From positions 18,586 through 82,585 of the IMG/VR virus record IMGVR_UViG_3300020718_000278: a stretch of DNA of 64,000 nt. One strand, written 5' to 3'. The notes beneath the pieces were generated by a model that made no database searches, was not told the DNA's origin, and saw only the letters and a list, made by a program, of their open reading frames with translations. The translations under genes were made by a program, and so were the position numbers. Of the stretch, positions 22,701 to 30,680 are shown piece after piece. Positions within the stretch are counted from its first letter, which is position 1. Every line of letters starts with the position of its first letter. The DNA is from a virus (lineage: Duplodnaviria > Caudoviricetes).

Positions 22701-25700
22701 ATTAGAATTAATGGGGCTGTAGTTACTGTTCCGCCAGCACCCAATAATAATGTCGTTGGACTTGCCGCAACAATCAATGCCGCAGAAATTCCTAACGTAT
22801 TTGCTACGGTAACTTCAGATTTAACTTTTACAGGTGATGGTAGCAACAAAATATTTTACATAGGGAATTTATATTCTGTTGCCAGTTCTTATAATACGGT
22901 AGTATATGTAAATAATATATTACAAATTGCTGGTACTGACTATTCTTACGATCCGACGACAGAAAGCATATATTTTTTGTATGCGCCGCAAGCCGGATAC
23001 TTTATAACGGTAGTTTCTGGTAGGTTAACTATTTCCATAAAAAATTCTAAAGTTGGCACAGTTAATAATTTGCTTGCAGTTTTACCTGGATTCGTTAATT
23101 CAGTATTTGCTCAAATAGGATTTAATACTTTTGTATTTTCTCAACAAATTTTAAGTCCGGCACCAACGGTTTACGGACAATTTGGTGCTTCGTTAAGCGT
23201 TGATACAGGCGGAGTTAATTTAATTGTTGGATCTCCAAATGGCAATGTATATGAATCAACTACTTTTGACGCCGGGCAAACTTATTTTGATGAACGCAGC
23301 ACAACATTCTTTAACGGAATTAGTAACGGCGGTGTAGCATATACATATGATTATTTTCCAAGTAGTACAAATAGTGCTAATAATCCCGGCCAGTTTGCTT
23401 TTGGTCAACAAATTTATAATAATTATACTTCAACAGGTTCTAGATTTGCAACAGCGGTTAATTATGATAACGATAGATTAATAGTTGGAGCTACTGGTGG
23501 AGTAATTACCAACACAACTAATTTAGGATACATCACCGTTTACAATAATCCTACAAATTCGCCAGCATGGGTACCAATTCGGGTACAGCAACCAGTAGTA
23601 GATGTTTATGCGCTTGACGGAGTATTTGTTTATAACGGAGCACAAGCTATAGGCGTTAATAATACGCTAAATGGTGGAATCCAAACTTACTTTGATTTCT
23701 TTGACCCTTTACAAGGGAAAATTTTAGGAGTTGCTCGCAGTAATCTTGATTATATCGGAGCAGTAGATCCAGCACAATATAATGTTGGATCCGTACATAA
23801 CAATGGAAATGCTTGGGGCAGTGAACACATAGGCGAAATGTGGTGGGATATTGACACAGTAAGATTTATTGATCCCAATCAAGATGATATAGTATATGCT
23901 AGCCGTCGTTGGGGGACAACTTTCCCTGGTAGTACCGTTGACGTCTATCAATGGGTAGAAAGTTCTAATCCTCCGGGAAGCTATACCGGTCAAGGTACTC
24001 CGTTGGGGCCAATCAGCTATACGGTAAATTCAGTTTTAGGTACTAATAATATTTTTCAAACTTTATATTATTTCTGGGTCAAAGGAATAACAACTATTGC
24101 CAGCGGAGCAGGTAAAACTTTAAGTGCTAATGGCGTAGCAAGTTACATTTTTAATCCTAGAAGTAGTGGATTGCCCTACATAGCAGGTCTTAATGCCAGC
24201 ACAGTTGCCATTTATAATGCACAAAGTTTATTAAATGCCAATAACACAATATTAAGTATAGGTTTTGATCGCCAAATAAATGATGATGTTGTCCACCAAG
24301 AGTATCAAATCATTACTGACGGAATAAGTGACTCTTTTCTTAATACTCAACTTTATCGCAAATTTTTAGATAGTTTAACAGGTCAAGATACAGCAGGAAA
24401 TGCTGTTCCTGATCCAACATTGAGTCCTGGAATGAAGTATGGAGTAGAATTTAGACCACGGCAAAGTATGTTTGCCAAAAGATTTACAGCATTGGAAAAT
24501 TACTTAGTACGAGCCAATGCGGTGTTGGCACAATTTCCTATTTCTGAAATAAGAAGTTTTAATTTACTTAATGCTGTGCAACCTACGCCAGCTGCTGGTT
24601 CAGGAGCCTGGAATTTTTCTGTCCCAAATCTTACAATTTTAAGTTATCAAAATCTTGCTTTAGTGCCCGTGGGTTACAAATATTTGGTATTGGCAGATAG
24701 TAGTCAACAAGGGCGTTGGACAATTTACCAAGTGCAAAGCAATAAAACTTTAATGTTAATACAGGTTCAAAGTTATAATACTCCGCTATACTGGTACTAT
24801 GTCAATTGGTATTTGCCTGGATATAATCCTACCATTCCTGCGGTAGCCGCAGTACAAAACTTTGGGCAATTATCGTCATTGACTTATACAACTGCCCCTG
24901 TGGGGTCTAGTGTTAGAGTAATAGCCAACGGCGCAGGAAAATGGGAAATTTATCTACGTACAGGTCTTGATCCGGCTATTGATTGGCAACGTGTAGGATT
25001 AGAAGATGGTACTATAGCATTTAAAGAAGAGTTATGGAACTATAAAGTTGGAAATTTTGGTTTTGACGCACAAGTTTTTGATTCACAATATTTTGATGAG
25101 ACCCCGCAAGTTGAAACAAGATATATCATTAGAGCATTAAATGAAGAAATTTATATTGAAGATTTACTTTATGAACGTAACAGCAGTTTAATATTGATGT
25201 TTAATTATGTTTATAGTGAATTTACTAATCCTTCGTGGCTAGTCAAAACTAGTTATGTAAATATCAATCATGCTATTCGTTCTTTGGCTCCATATCAAAC
25301 TTATCTGCCTGACAATCAACAATTTGTCATGGATTATTTCCAAGAAGTTAAGCCATATCATGTTCAGGTTCGTAAATTTAATTTAATTTATAATGGTAAA
25401 GATGAGTTTGACGCAGATTTAACAGATTTTGATTTGCCAGCGTACTGGAAGTCAACACTTGAAATACCACAATTTGTAAGTCCAATATTAACTCCGTATG
25501 ACACAGCAGTCACTGCACACTATTCAACTGCAAGTGATACTCCGTCAAACGCACAAATTTGGTTATATCCTAGTTTATATAGTGAATGGTTTGACAATTA
25601 TTTACTAAGTGTCCAATCAGTGGCAGTGGCTAATCGTGGGGCTGGGTATACAGTTAATCCTGTGGTAACAGTAACAGGCACCTGCACAATACCAGCAACA

Positions 25701-28700
25701 ATGACTGCTAAAATTAATGGGTCAGGAGAAGTTGTTGCTGTTACTGTTATTAATCCTGGAGCAGGATACAGTACAGATGCTACTATAACTATATCCGGTG
25801 GCGGTTTACCAGGAGTTTCTATTCCTTGGTCTGCTGGGTTAATGGTTAATTCTAATTCGTATATTATTACTAGAGCAAATGACATTTATAGAACTAATAA
25901 TACTGGAGTATTGGGTAATGTTACTCCTATAGGTACTGGAACTGTGGTCAATGGTACTGTGGACTTAACATATGTTGGAACAAATGCCACTGCAGTTGCT
26001 TATATGGGTAATGGTTTGGTACGCTCAATTAAAACTACAATTAAGTATGACAGATATCAATATCAAACAGATATTATTGATTGGATGCCAACACAACTTA
26101 TTATTATTCTTTTAGCAAATATAACAACATCTGGCGGTATTGCGACAGCAACGTTTGCTGCCGAACAAATGTCTGTACCGTTTCCCGATGAAAATATCAT
26201 AACTGTAACAGGAGTATCACTTACTGGATTTAATAATGAGTACACGGTAGTAACTTGTTCTACAACCAATTTAACTTTCCTTTCTAATTTTAATGGCGTA
26301 GGATATAATGGACAAATAACTGGTACTGTATTAGTCACATATACAAATGGTACACAAGTACGTTATAGAAACCAAGTATGGCAAGCTAACGGAGTTTCTG
26401 GTTCGGTGACAAATTCTATATTTGATCCTGCCGAATGGGTGCTAGTTGACCCTGCTACATTAAGTGGTGTTGACCGTACTATGGGTTATTATGTTGCTAC
26501 TCCTAATATTCCAGGTTTATCATTGCCATTATTGATTGACGGCATTGATTATCCAGGGGTTCAGGTCGCCGGTGTAACATTTAATCAAGATACCGGATAC
26601 GACCGCGGCAATTATGACATTAATACTTTTGATAATTATGGGTTAGATGCCAACGGGCAACCAACTTATGATTATGGAATTTTAAATACAATTTTTGAAA
26701 GCCAATATCTTGATCCTTATTTAGGTGTGCGCCCAACAGATATTAATATCAATGGCGGAGCTTATGTTGATACTTACGAAAGTCATGCCCCAGAAGAATT
26801 AGTACCGGGTATAGAATTTGATACTTTAGATTTACGTGTTTATACAACACCAGGTGCTGACTGGTCTGGCGTAGGACACGGATTCCCACAACGCTTATTC
26901 CAAACAATATATAATAGTTCTCAACCTATAACAAGTTTTGCCGGTCAAATGCCATATCCAATTACTATTGGCATTGTAAATGTTACACGTGGATATGATT
27001 TATTGGTAGGTATTGATTATACCGTTAATTGGCCCAATCAAACTTTTACAATTTTAAATTCTTCGGCATTGGTGGTTAATGGAGATCAAATAGCCATTTA
27101 TGTTTATGAGCTCGGTGGTGGGAATCAATTATACAAAAACACATATAACGGTGGTAGTGTTGGTAATACTATCACGGTGCCCGTTGAATACGATCAAATT
27201 CAAGAATTTGTAATTTTTATTAATGGTGCCTATTTAAATAATAGTAATTACAATTTTGTTGTAGGTACAGCATACGGAACAACGGTTCTTACATTTGACA
27301 CTACTTATACATCCTCAGATTTTATAAGTTTAGTGGTAATTGCCCCAACAACAATCAATAATATTACAACAAACTATTCTTGGAGTGTTCCAGTAGTTCA
27401 AAATATTGTGGGAGTTACAGGCGTTTTAACATATAATTTAGATAATAGTTTACTTTATACAAATTCAGTTAATCCTATTGTAACAGTACAAGGAATTCGT
27501 GCTAGAACAGCGGCGGGAATAGATTTTGTAGCAAGCGGATCACAATACAACTTCCCTCTTCCTGGAAGATTAGGAATACCATTAAGTTCAGTAACAAATA
27601 CGGATGTACAAGTTTATATAAATGATGAATTACAAAATCCATCAACATGGTATTTAGATCTTGGTGTGTACACTGAAGGATATGCTGCTACATTATTTGA
27701 TGTTGGTCTGACTACCAATCATCCAGGATCTTATGATTATTCAACTTTGGTTGATGCACTACAAGTTGTATTTTATGTGGCTCCGACCGAAGGCAAAAGA
27801 ATCTATATTGCCGTTACCGCCGGCACACAAGCTACAATTGATCCTATAGCCAGGACATTGACTTTTAATCCATCTGGTGGGCTAGTTCCAATTACAGGAG
27901 AAACAATTTCAGTAACTACATTTAATGATACTAGAGAACAAAGATTACTTACACAAGTTTTTGTTGGTCCAGTTTTGGTAGGTGTTGAAATAAATGATTT
28001 GGATTTAACAAGATTCACTACCAATATTGACAGATTAAAAGTATTTTTAAATGGGAAACAGTTAACTCCTTATATTGGATTTACAGTAGAAGGTACACAG
28101 CTTATTTTAGGTTCTGGCACACTACAACCTACAGATGTTGTTATGGTAACACAAGTTACAAATTCTGTAGTTCCGGAAGCTATGGCATTTAGAATATTCC
28201 AAGACATGCGCGGAATACAAGCAACATATAGAATTACTGCTAATTCAACTACTGTTTTAATACAAGCAGTAGAAATTACCGATGATATAATCTATGTTGA
28301 TAATGCCAGTGCGTTAAGTGAACCTGATTTTGCAGCTAACATATGGGGAGTTATAACTATTAATGGTGAACGCATAATGTATCGTGATAGAGATATAATT
28401 AACAACACAGTTAGTAGTTTGTTACGTGGAACGGCGGGCACAGGAGCTGCTACTCATGAAGTTGGAGCTAGCGTCTATGACATGGGTCGAGGTAATTTAT
28501 TATCAACTCAATTCCAGGATTATATTGTGTCGAATACAATTTTAGCCGACGGGGCAACAACAATTTTTACTGCAGATAATATTTCATTGGTATTTGATAA
28601 TGCTGTAATTTGGAATTATGCCGACACATACAATCAAGGGACGGTAGTAGTTAATTCTAATTTTTATTATAGAGCAATACGTACGATACCATCAAATATT

Positions 28701-28970
28701 GCTATTACGGATACTGAATATTGGTTACCATTGAGTGATGCTGTGGAAGTTGTAGTGGCTGGAGCATTGCAAACTACAGGATATACAATTACTGCTGAAA
28801 ATCCAGTACAAGTTACATTTAATTTCCCACCCGCAAATGGAGTTGATATTATTATTCTTGTAAGGCGTGGGGTGACTTGGTATCAGCAGGGAGCTTTGAC
28901 GGCTTCAAATGGTGTTCCGTTACAAGAAACACAAACCGTTCCTGCGCTATTTTTAAGGGGTGTAAACTAG
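13767..28970 (+). CDS. Giant (5067 aa) baseplate wedge/fibre protein, gp7-like position, multi-domain
   Basis: Uninterrupted 15.2-kb ORF coupled to gp6; FG-GAP-like repeats (QYGVSIA, NFGASVS, QFGASLS), about ten GDGxTxxF/V.VNG..Q beta-sandwich repeats, CBM5/12-like W..N.TY..G..V.Y....W.A motifs. Confidence 0.7.
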   Translation: MAAIVRSVDFLPEIFQTPVNTQFLNATLDQLIQEPQYKQTQGYIGQKVGPGVNPTDYYVVEPTPSRTNYQLEPGVVVIDPTTTKVSDAITYPGMLDAIRTQGGIIDQADRLFESEYYSWDPFVDFDKFNNYAQYYWLPNGPDVVTVSATDIPTQQTFTVTRANGAYTFSGYAGKNPTLTLVRNGNYNFNIAQTNTDAVDYRVTNNGTRYWTIDFENNPTLTLIRGNTYTWNLVQNLPLAFYIKTELSFGTTNIWSEGVTNNGAKEGLITFTVPQDAPNTLYYCNDIEFNLRGQLNIVDATPGTGPDFWIQREPGINGRLSWSPNLSSRDVLGVTNNGIDLGTVSFAVPDKSAQNFYYSMPFINYPAINTGRVNLVIPSTLLFNQLNGITVQSFLETYPTGIDGITNLNGYTCIFSTQTSDPAPGGWYIETPFSSATTNGQTGSFDNIPFSQQIPITDPAVQFGLWQIQYVPDANGVEFIQLNSILKIDNLTQFSITAGTEYVNTQWYKNSSGTFQEMPLLTAALPNLYYQDSEDPKIFGIINLIDENLNATINIETDILGQLNYTSPNGVVFTNGLKIIFEGNVIPSAYQGNTYYVQGVGSGIVLVPELSLIVPEQYATEINVINVYDASGNGTEVTLTFLAQPTLPFTPGQLVIVSKIVSSIGNYNGIYTVTSATTSADKLFQSITYASTAAGSYISGGTIDSYGNQPIAPDYITINMASQDLNPWTRSNRWFHTEVITAAAAYNNTAPAYSTERATRPILEFRANTKLFDFAIQGIPAVNVIDFTQTDALLNVNGQTGYGTDGYTLVQGSLIIFAADLNPTVKNQIYEVTFVDVDPTISLTPVIVLVPTSYSPALPNQGTVCISGNTQKGQSFYFTGVSWIASQQKTSIQQPPLFDIFDSNGYSFGDTTQYPSTNFTGCKLLSYAENPDNPIDKVLGIPLSFFSINNIGDTLFNNNFYTDTFIYTPAGVGITIDVSSGFVYQYNNLVSFTPEIGWQTAAIPSLQRQQFQFKYSGNPLQLDVLAATDLNVPAVQIFINNVYQLPSTYVLSVNNVTGFTTITLTGTTYKLDDIIEVLVYSSDVSSIGFYQIPINLENNPFNGNSKQFTLGGIRQHYATICENLLALQGNINGPNNTRDLGNIVPYGTQIVQQSSPLTLGGFFLRSASYDIFSSIEYNSREYIKYKNKLLTAVTQLDIQPSESISSILDAAIQKFTSILTNSNSFYWSDMLPVGTNYTPTTTIVNPITTNIFNTLQTYDFTTSNYQGLLVYVNGVLLLRGSQYTVSTIAPKLTILIKLNVGDVVVINEYIPVLTTTSAGTTSTNPGPSWCPNTPSKMGLYPVYQPQIYLDDTYSSPTLVIQGHDGSTTIAFGDIRDQVLLEFEKRIYNNIKVDDNPIPLTTDEVDPNFYPAQTTALLPGFFRTTPYTYAEVNQIMNEDFLTWVGQNKLDFTSQDYIASNPFTYNYSQAANRINQEPFLQGNWRGIYRYFYDTETPNSTPWEMVGFSQEPSWWMQRYGPAPYTSGNTVLWDDLEAGIVGDPSGPYILPEYVRPGLSKIIPAGSEGELLSPLDCVVGLNDPYGFQKSWTAGDGGPVQASWWNSSSYPFAIMRLLALTKPAQFFSLFADRDLYRYNTTLGQYLYNNRYRLNASEIQIYGNGVSKASYINWIVDYNNQLGIDSTTTLTEALGNIDVRLCYRMAAFSDPVYVALTTDRAGPNSTNNSLLIPPTSYDLLFYKNQPFNSVTYSSVIVQVEELSSGGIGYSVYGYSNVQPYFEALASIPAGSYQVISAGGTSVQVPIQRTNNVVQIPYGYTFTSTASVCDFLLGYGAWLVSQGLIFDNIENGYTLDWNQMCQEFLYFSSQGWTPGTIVNLNPCATKITASQPISIVDTIASVTPENMLLDQNRSVLNVSTMIVIREGNQFSVTSTSKQTINYLTLKYTNYEDMIVLNNTSQYQDLIYDPLTGSRQVRLSLIASTTTNWDGQLNAQGFILNLNNVKQWQPNKTYAKGEMVLYKNTYWQALVISQPQQAFNYSNWVKSDYQKIDTGLLPNLANKANQLTTAYDVYQANLTSDNDLFAFALIGFRPRQYMTDMNLNGVTQVQIYQQFLGTKGTLQAAEIFNSAQINNKEKGDYQIYENWGVLSGTYGAQANKSYFEIQLNQSLLSYNPSTIQIINPGQSSQANQTVYLNNLWKESYNITSTDILPTTYENSSLAVSLPSAGYVCLDDVDVTVFNIEDPSSIDAQINTIGIGTYIWIAKINSYDWGVYRVAETPGQMLTLTDNLNNTAIAQMTRAHGLSIGDLIIIKYFNQGVNGVYRILAIPTPTSFTISFNFTVLGIKSLTGTGLVFHLQSARVSQASDISTLPFVNNLLEGSIAWVDNDGNGHWKTLQKQSPFVINQSIIPGITADGQYGVSIAQVGKSFGAIVGASGTNSGAGSVLTYIRGTYTDYLYSGTLTLLTQGTVGFGNIVEFGNQNWAVAGASASYSNMGYAAVIYRNSTDSSYTINQLLLPPDQNFGAIGFGTSAVISSDERWMYVGAPKNNLVYAYEKIDVETQSVTYTGDSSTTLFNYSNYIQINYLYPEQLVVTFENVEISPAAYTLTQQYVNFNQAPAAGQIITITRRLKIQLDQSYYYAIQSNSQTGAGVGAVFTVENTRGSYFVTLNSGGLNYQIGDVLTIYGTQIGGTNPANNLTITVVNVITDGLITAFTSSGSGLYNVNSFSLNTYLYNATTINNFTVSVNGTLQRPYLDYTFNTGTTILAFLLGSYPPKGAKIIVSTPTYWQYVTTITNPASLSGDNFGASVSTTGDGRQIVITAPNSTTNMIVDSGSAYVFDRSVAQFVVSDPAQLTYTISGAINPPIAVSVNNIFLSTTEQSISGQYTLNGNSVIFSNITFNYGDIIEIETNQINQIQALASHTPSYEAQYGTVAEIGPLDNNLFVGAPFDSTYLAQSGSVDYLTNQSRVYGITTSTIANPILTSGGTIRINGAVVTVPPAPNNNVVGLAATINAAEIPNVFATVTSDLTFTGDGSNKIFYIGNLYSVASSYNTVVYVNNILQIAGTDYSYDPTTESIYFLYAPQAGYFITVVSGRLTISIKNSKVGTVNNLLAVLPGFVNSVFAQIGFNTFVFSQQILSPAPTVYGQFGASLSVDTGGVNLIVGSPNGNVYESTTFDAGQTYFDERSTTFFNGISNGGVAYTYDYFPSSTNSANNPGQFAFGQQIYNNYTSTGSRFATAVNYDNDRLIVGATGGVITNTTNLGYITVYNNPTNSPAWVPIRVQQPVVDVYALDGVFVYNGAQAIGVNNTLNGGIQTYFDFFDPLQGKILGVARSNLDYIGAVDPAQYNVGSVHNNGNAWGSEHIGEMWWDIDTVRFIDPNQDDIVYASRRWGTTFPGSTVDVYQWVESSNPPGSYTGQGTPLGPISYTVNSVLGTNNIFQTLYYFWVKGITTIASGAGKTLSANGVASYIFNPRSSGLPYIAGLNASTVAIYNAQSLLNANNTILSIGFDRQINDDVVHQEYQIITDGISDSFLNTQLYRKFLDSLTGQDTAGNAVPDPTLSPGMKYGVEFRPRQSMFAKRFTALENYLVRANAVLAQFPISEIRSFNLLNAVQPTPAAGSGAWNFSVPNLTILSYQNLALVPVGYKYLVLADSSQQGRWTIYQVQSNKTLMLIQVQSYNTPLYWYYVNWYLPGYNPTIPAVAAVQNFGQLSSLTYTTAPVGSSVRVIANGAGKWEIYLRTGLDPAIDWQRVGLEDGTIAFKEELWNYKVGNFGFDAQVFDSQYFDETPQVETRYIIRALNEEIYIEDLLYERNSSLILMFNYVYSEFTNPSWLVKTSYVNINHAIRSLAPYQTYLPDNQQFVMDYFQEVKPYHVQVRKFNLIYNGKDEFDADLTDFDLPAYWKSTLEIPQFVSPILTPYDTAVTAHYSTASDTPSNAQIWLYPSLYSEWFDNYLLSVQSVAVANRGAGYTVNPVVTVTGTCTIPATMTAKINGSGEVVAVTVINPGAGYSTDATITISGGGLPGVSIPWSAGLMVNSNSYIITRANDIYRTNNTGVLGNVTPIGTGTVVNGTVDLTYVGTNATAVAYMGNGLVRSIKTTIKYDRYQYQTDIIDWMPTQLIIILLANITTSGGIATATFAAEQMSVPFPDENIITVTGVSLTGFNNEYTVVTCSTTNLTFLSNFNGVGYNGQITGTVLVTYTNGTQVRYRNQVWQANGVSGSVTNSIFDPAEWVLVDPATLSGVDRTMGYYVATPNIPGLSLPLLIDGIDYPGVQVAGVTFNQDTGYDRGNYDINTFDNYGLDANGQPTYDYGILNTIFESQYLDPYLGVRPTDININGGAYVDTYESHAPEELVPGIEFDTLDLRVYTTPGADWSGVGHGFPQRLFQTIYNSSQPITSFAGQMPYPITIGIVNVTRGYDLLVGIDYTVNWPNQTFTILNSSALVVNGDQIAIYVYELGGGNQLYKNTYNGGSVGNTITVPVEYDQIQEFVIFINGAYLNNSNYNFVVGTAYGTTVLTFDTTYTSSDFISLVVIAPTTINNITTNYSWSVPVVQNIVGVTGVLTYNLDNSLLYTNSVNPIVTVQGIRARTAAGIDFVASGSQYNFPLPGRLGIPLSSVTNTDVQVYINDELQNPSTWYLDLGVYTEGYAATLFDVGLTTNHPGSYDYSTLVDALQVVFYVAPTEGKRIYIAVTAGTQATIDPIARTLTFNPSGGLVPITGETISVTTFNDTREQRLLTQVFVGPVLVGVEINDLDLTRFTTNIDRLKVFLNGKQLTPYIGFTVEGTQLILGSGTLQPTDVVMVTQVTNSVVPEAMAFRIFQDMRGIQATYRITANSTTVLIQAVEITDDIIYVDNASALSEPDFAANIWGVITINGERIMYRDRDIINNTVSSLLRGTAGTGAATHEVGASVYDMGRGNLLSTQFQDYIVSNTILADGATTIFTADNISLVFDNAVIWNYADTYNQGTVVVNSNFYYRAIRTIPSNIAITDTEYWLPLSDAVEVVVAGALQTTGYTITAENPVQVTFNFPPANGVDIIILVRRGVTWYQQGALTASNGVPLQETQTVPALFLRGVN

Positions 28971-29006
28971 GATAAATTTATAAGGTTTACCTGAAGTCAA
29001 TAATAC

Positions 29007-29014
29007 AATAAATA
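29007..29014 (+). promoter_or_regulatory. Late promoter AATAAATA
   Basis: TAAATA core 7 nt before ATG 29022. Confidence 0.5.
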
Positions 29015-29021
29015 AAGAATA

Positions 29022-29159
29022 ATGGAAAATAATATACCTACACAACAACAGCCTAAACCTGAAAAACGTCCTAACGATACTGGTGCTATAAATGTAGACG
29101 GTTTAGTAAGGATATTTGATCCCAAAACAAAAAAGGTATTTGTGGAGCAAAAAGCCTAA
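29022..29159 (+). CDS. 45-aa protein missed by the ORF track (MENNIPTQQQPKPEKRPNDTGAINVDGLVRIFDPKTKKVFVEQKA)
   Basis: Translated by hand; late promoter upstream; C-terminal half resembles the N-terminus of the 29843 protein. Confidence 0.65.
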   Translation: MENNIPTQQQPKPEKRPNDTGAINVDGLVRIFDPKTKKVFVEQKA

Positions 29160-29160
29160 T

Positions 29161-29850
29161 ATGCCAAACATTTATATAACTGAAAACTTGTATAATAAAG
29201 CATTGGGAATTACCCCTTGGCGTTATATCGGGAGCGATCAAAATGATAATCCTGTTTATTTTGGATCAAGTAAAGATCTTAAGGCGGACATTTTGCGTTT
29301 AGGATCAGAACAATTTACAAAAATTATTGTCAAAAGTTACGATAACATAGCAAATAAAGAATTGCGTAAGATTGAAGAAGTTTTACTAAAGTCAAATAAT
29401 GTTAAAAAAGATCCAAGTTATTACAATAAAACTGATATTTACGGTGCCGGCGGCGGAGTTATAGGTATGAAGCACACAAAAAAACGGGCAGAATCCTATT
29501 GGGTAAACTGGAGTGCTGCTAGAATGGGCCACGATGTTAGTGATATAACTAAAGATAAACAGAGTAAGGCCAAAGCAGGAAAGACTTACAAAGAAATTTA
29601 CGGCGACAATGCCGAAACAATGCGGGAAACCAGAAGCAAGCAGCAGAGCGGAGCAAATAATCACAACGCCTTAGAGTGGGAAATAACCCCCCCAATCGGA
29701 ATTACTATTAAAATTAAAGGTTTACAGTCTTATTGTAGAGATAATAATATATCATTTGGCGATGTATACAATAGCAAAAATGGATGGAAATCAGTTAAAT
29801 ACGGCGCTGGCAAAGGCGGCGGCAGAAAGAAAAAGGAACAAAATGCTTGA
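29161..29850 (+). mobile_element. Free-standing Seg-like GIY-YIG homing endonuclease with NUMOD3-like repeats
   Basis: NIYITEN...YIGS...YFGSS..LK..I...G.E.F.K...E...YYNK; HDVSDITKDKQSKAKAGK; probable true start ATG 29161 (track starts at TTG 29116). Confidence 0.82.
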
Positions 29851-30448
29851 TAAGATGAACCCAATTATTAAAGGCCATATTAAGATTACCGATCGCAACA
29901 CAGGTGAGGTGTTGGTTGATAAAGATAATCAAGTTAATTACGAAAATATTAGTATTGCCATGGCCAATACACTGGCAGATCAAGGGCGGGGCTGGATTTA
30001 TACCATGGCTTTTGGTAACGGTGGGTCAGCCGTGGATCTTACGGGAGTTATTACATATTTACCACCCAATGTGAATGGACAAAATGCCAGTTTATACAAT
30101 GAAACTTATGCGCAAGTAGTAGATCAAAATTCTGCTAGTAATTTGGACCCAATAAACAATAATATGACTATTTTGCACACGCCGGGAAATCCATACACAG
30201 ATATTTTAGTAACTTGTTTGCTTGATTATGGTCAACCCCCGGGGCAACAAGCGTTTGATAATAGCACAAATTTTAACGGGGATTATGTATTTGATGAATT
30301 AGGACTGCAGTGCTGGGGCGGTTCTGCTACAGATTTGTTCTTAATCACCCATGTCATATTCCATCCGGTCCAGAAAAGTTTGAACCGTCAAATTCAAATT
30401 GACTACACTTTGCGGATACAAACTTTGACAAATTTATCAGCGACTTAA
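29843..30448 (+). CDS. Conserved virion structural protein (baseplate/fibre attachment-type)
   Basis: GHIKITD..TGEVLVDKDN.VNYEN...MAFGNGG...FDELGL...THVIFHPVQKSLNR.IQIDYTLRI; probable start ATG 29843 overlapping the endonuclease stop. Confidence 0.6.
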   Translation: MLDKMNPIIKGHIKITDRNTGEVLVDKDNQVNYENISIAMANTLADQGRGWIYTMAFGNGGSAVDLTGVITYLPPNVNGQNASLYNETYAQVVDQNSASNLDPINNNMTILHTPGNPYTDILVTCLLDYGQPPGQQAFDNSTNFNGDYVFDELGLQCWGGSATDLFLITHVIFHPVQKSLNRQIQIDYTLRIQTLTNLSAT

Positions 30449-30449
30449 A

Positions 30450-30581
30450 ATGATTTATATAGAACAAGTATCTTCGTTAGCATTACAGAACAAATACACA
30501 AAGTGGTATTGTTCTATTGTATTACGAGCTCAACTAAGAGCATCAACACGAAAATCAGCTAAAGAAAATTACTCTTATTAA
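30450..30581 (+). pseudogene. Truncated N-terminus of an HNH-type homing endonuclease
   Basis: Hand translation MIYIEQVSSLALQNKYTKWYCSIVLRAQLRASTRKSAKENYSY*; NKYTKWY..I+.RA is the usual lead-in of phage HNH endonucleases; SHHI occurs downstream in another frame. Confidence 0.55.
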
Positions 30582-30653
30582 AAGGATTAAGAGTCCAACT
30601 TTCACATCATATCTTTATGTAGAACATACATAAATACGTGTATATTAAACAGC

Positions 30654-30661
30654 TATAAATA
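30654..30661 (+). promoter_or_regulatory. T4-type late promoter TATAAATA (second copy CATAAATA at 30629-30636)
   Basis: Exact consensus upstream of AAGGA and ATG 30681. Confidence 0.78.
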
Positions 30662-30680
30662 ATATAAGGACAATGAACAC

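Noticed and set aside
29022-30448. Group I intron carrying the GIY-YIG gene and splitting one structural gene
   Set aside because: The endonuclease starts 1 nt after the upstream stop and overlaps the downstream start, leaving no room for a ribozyme core; the downstream gene has its own complete N-terminus
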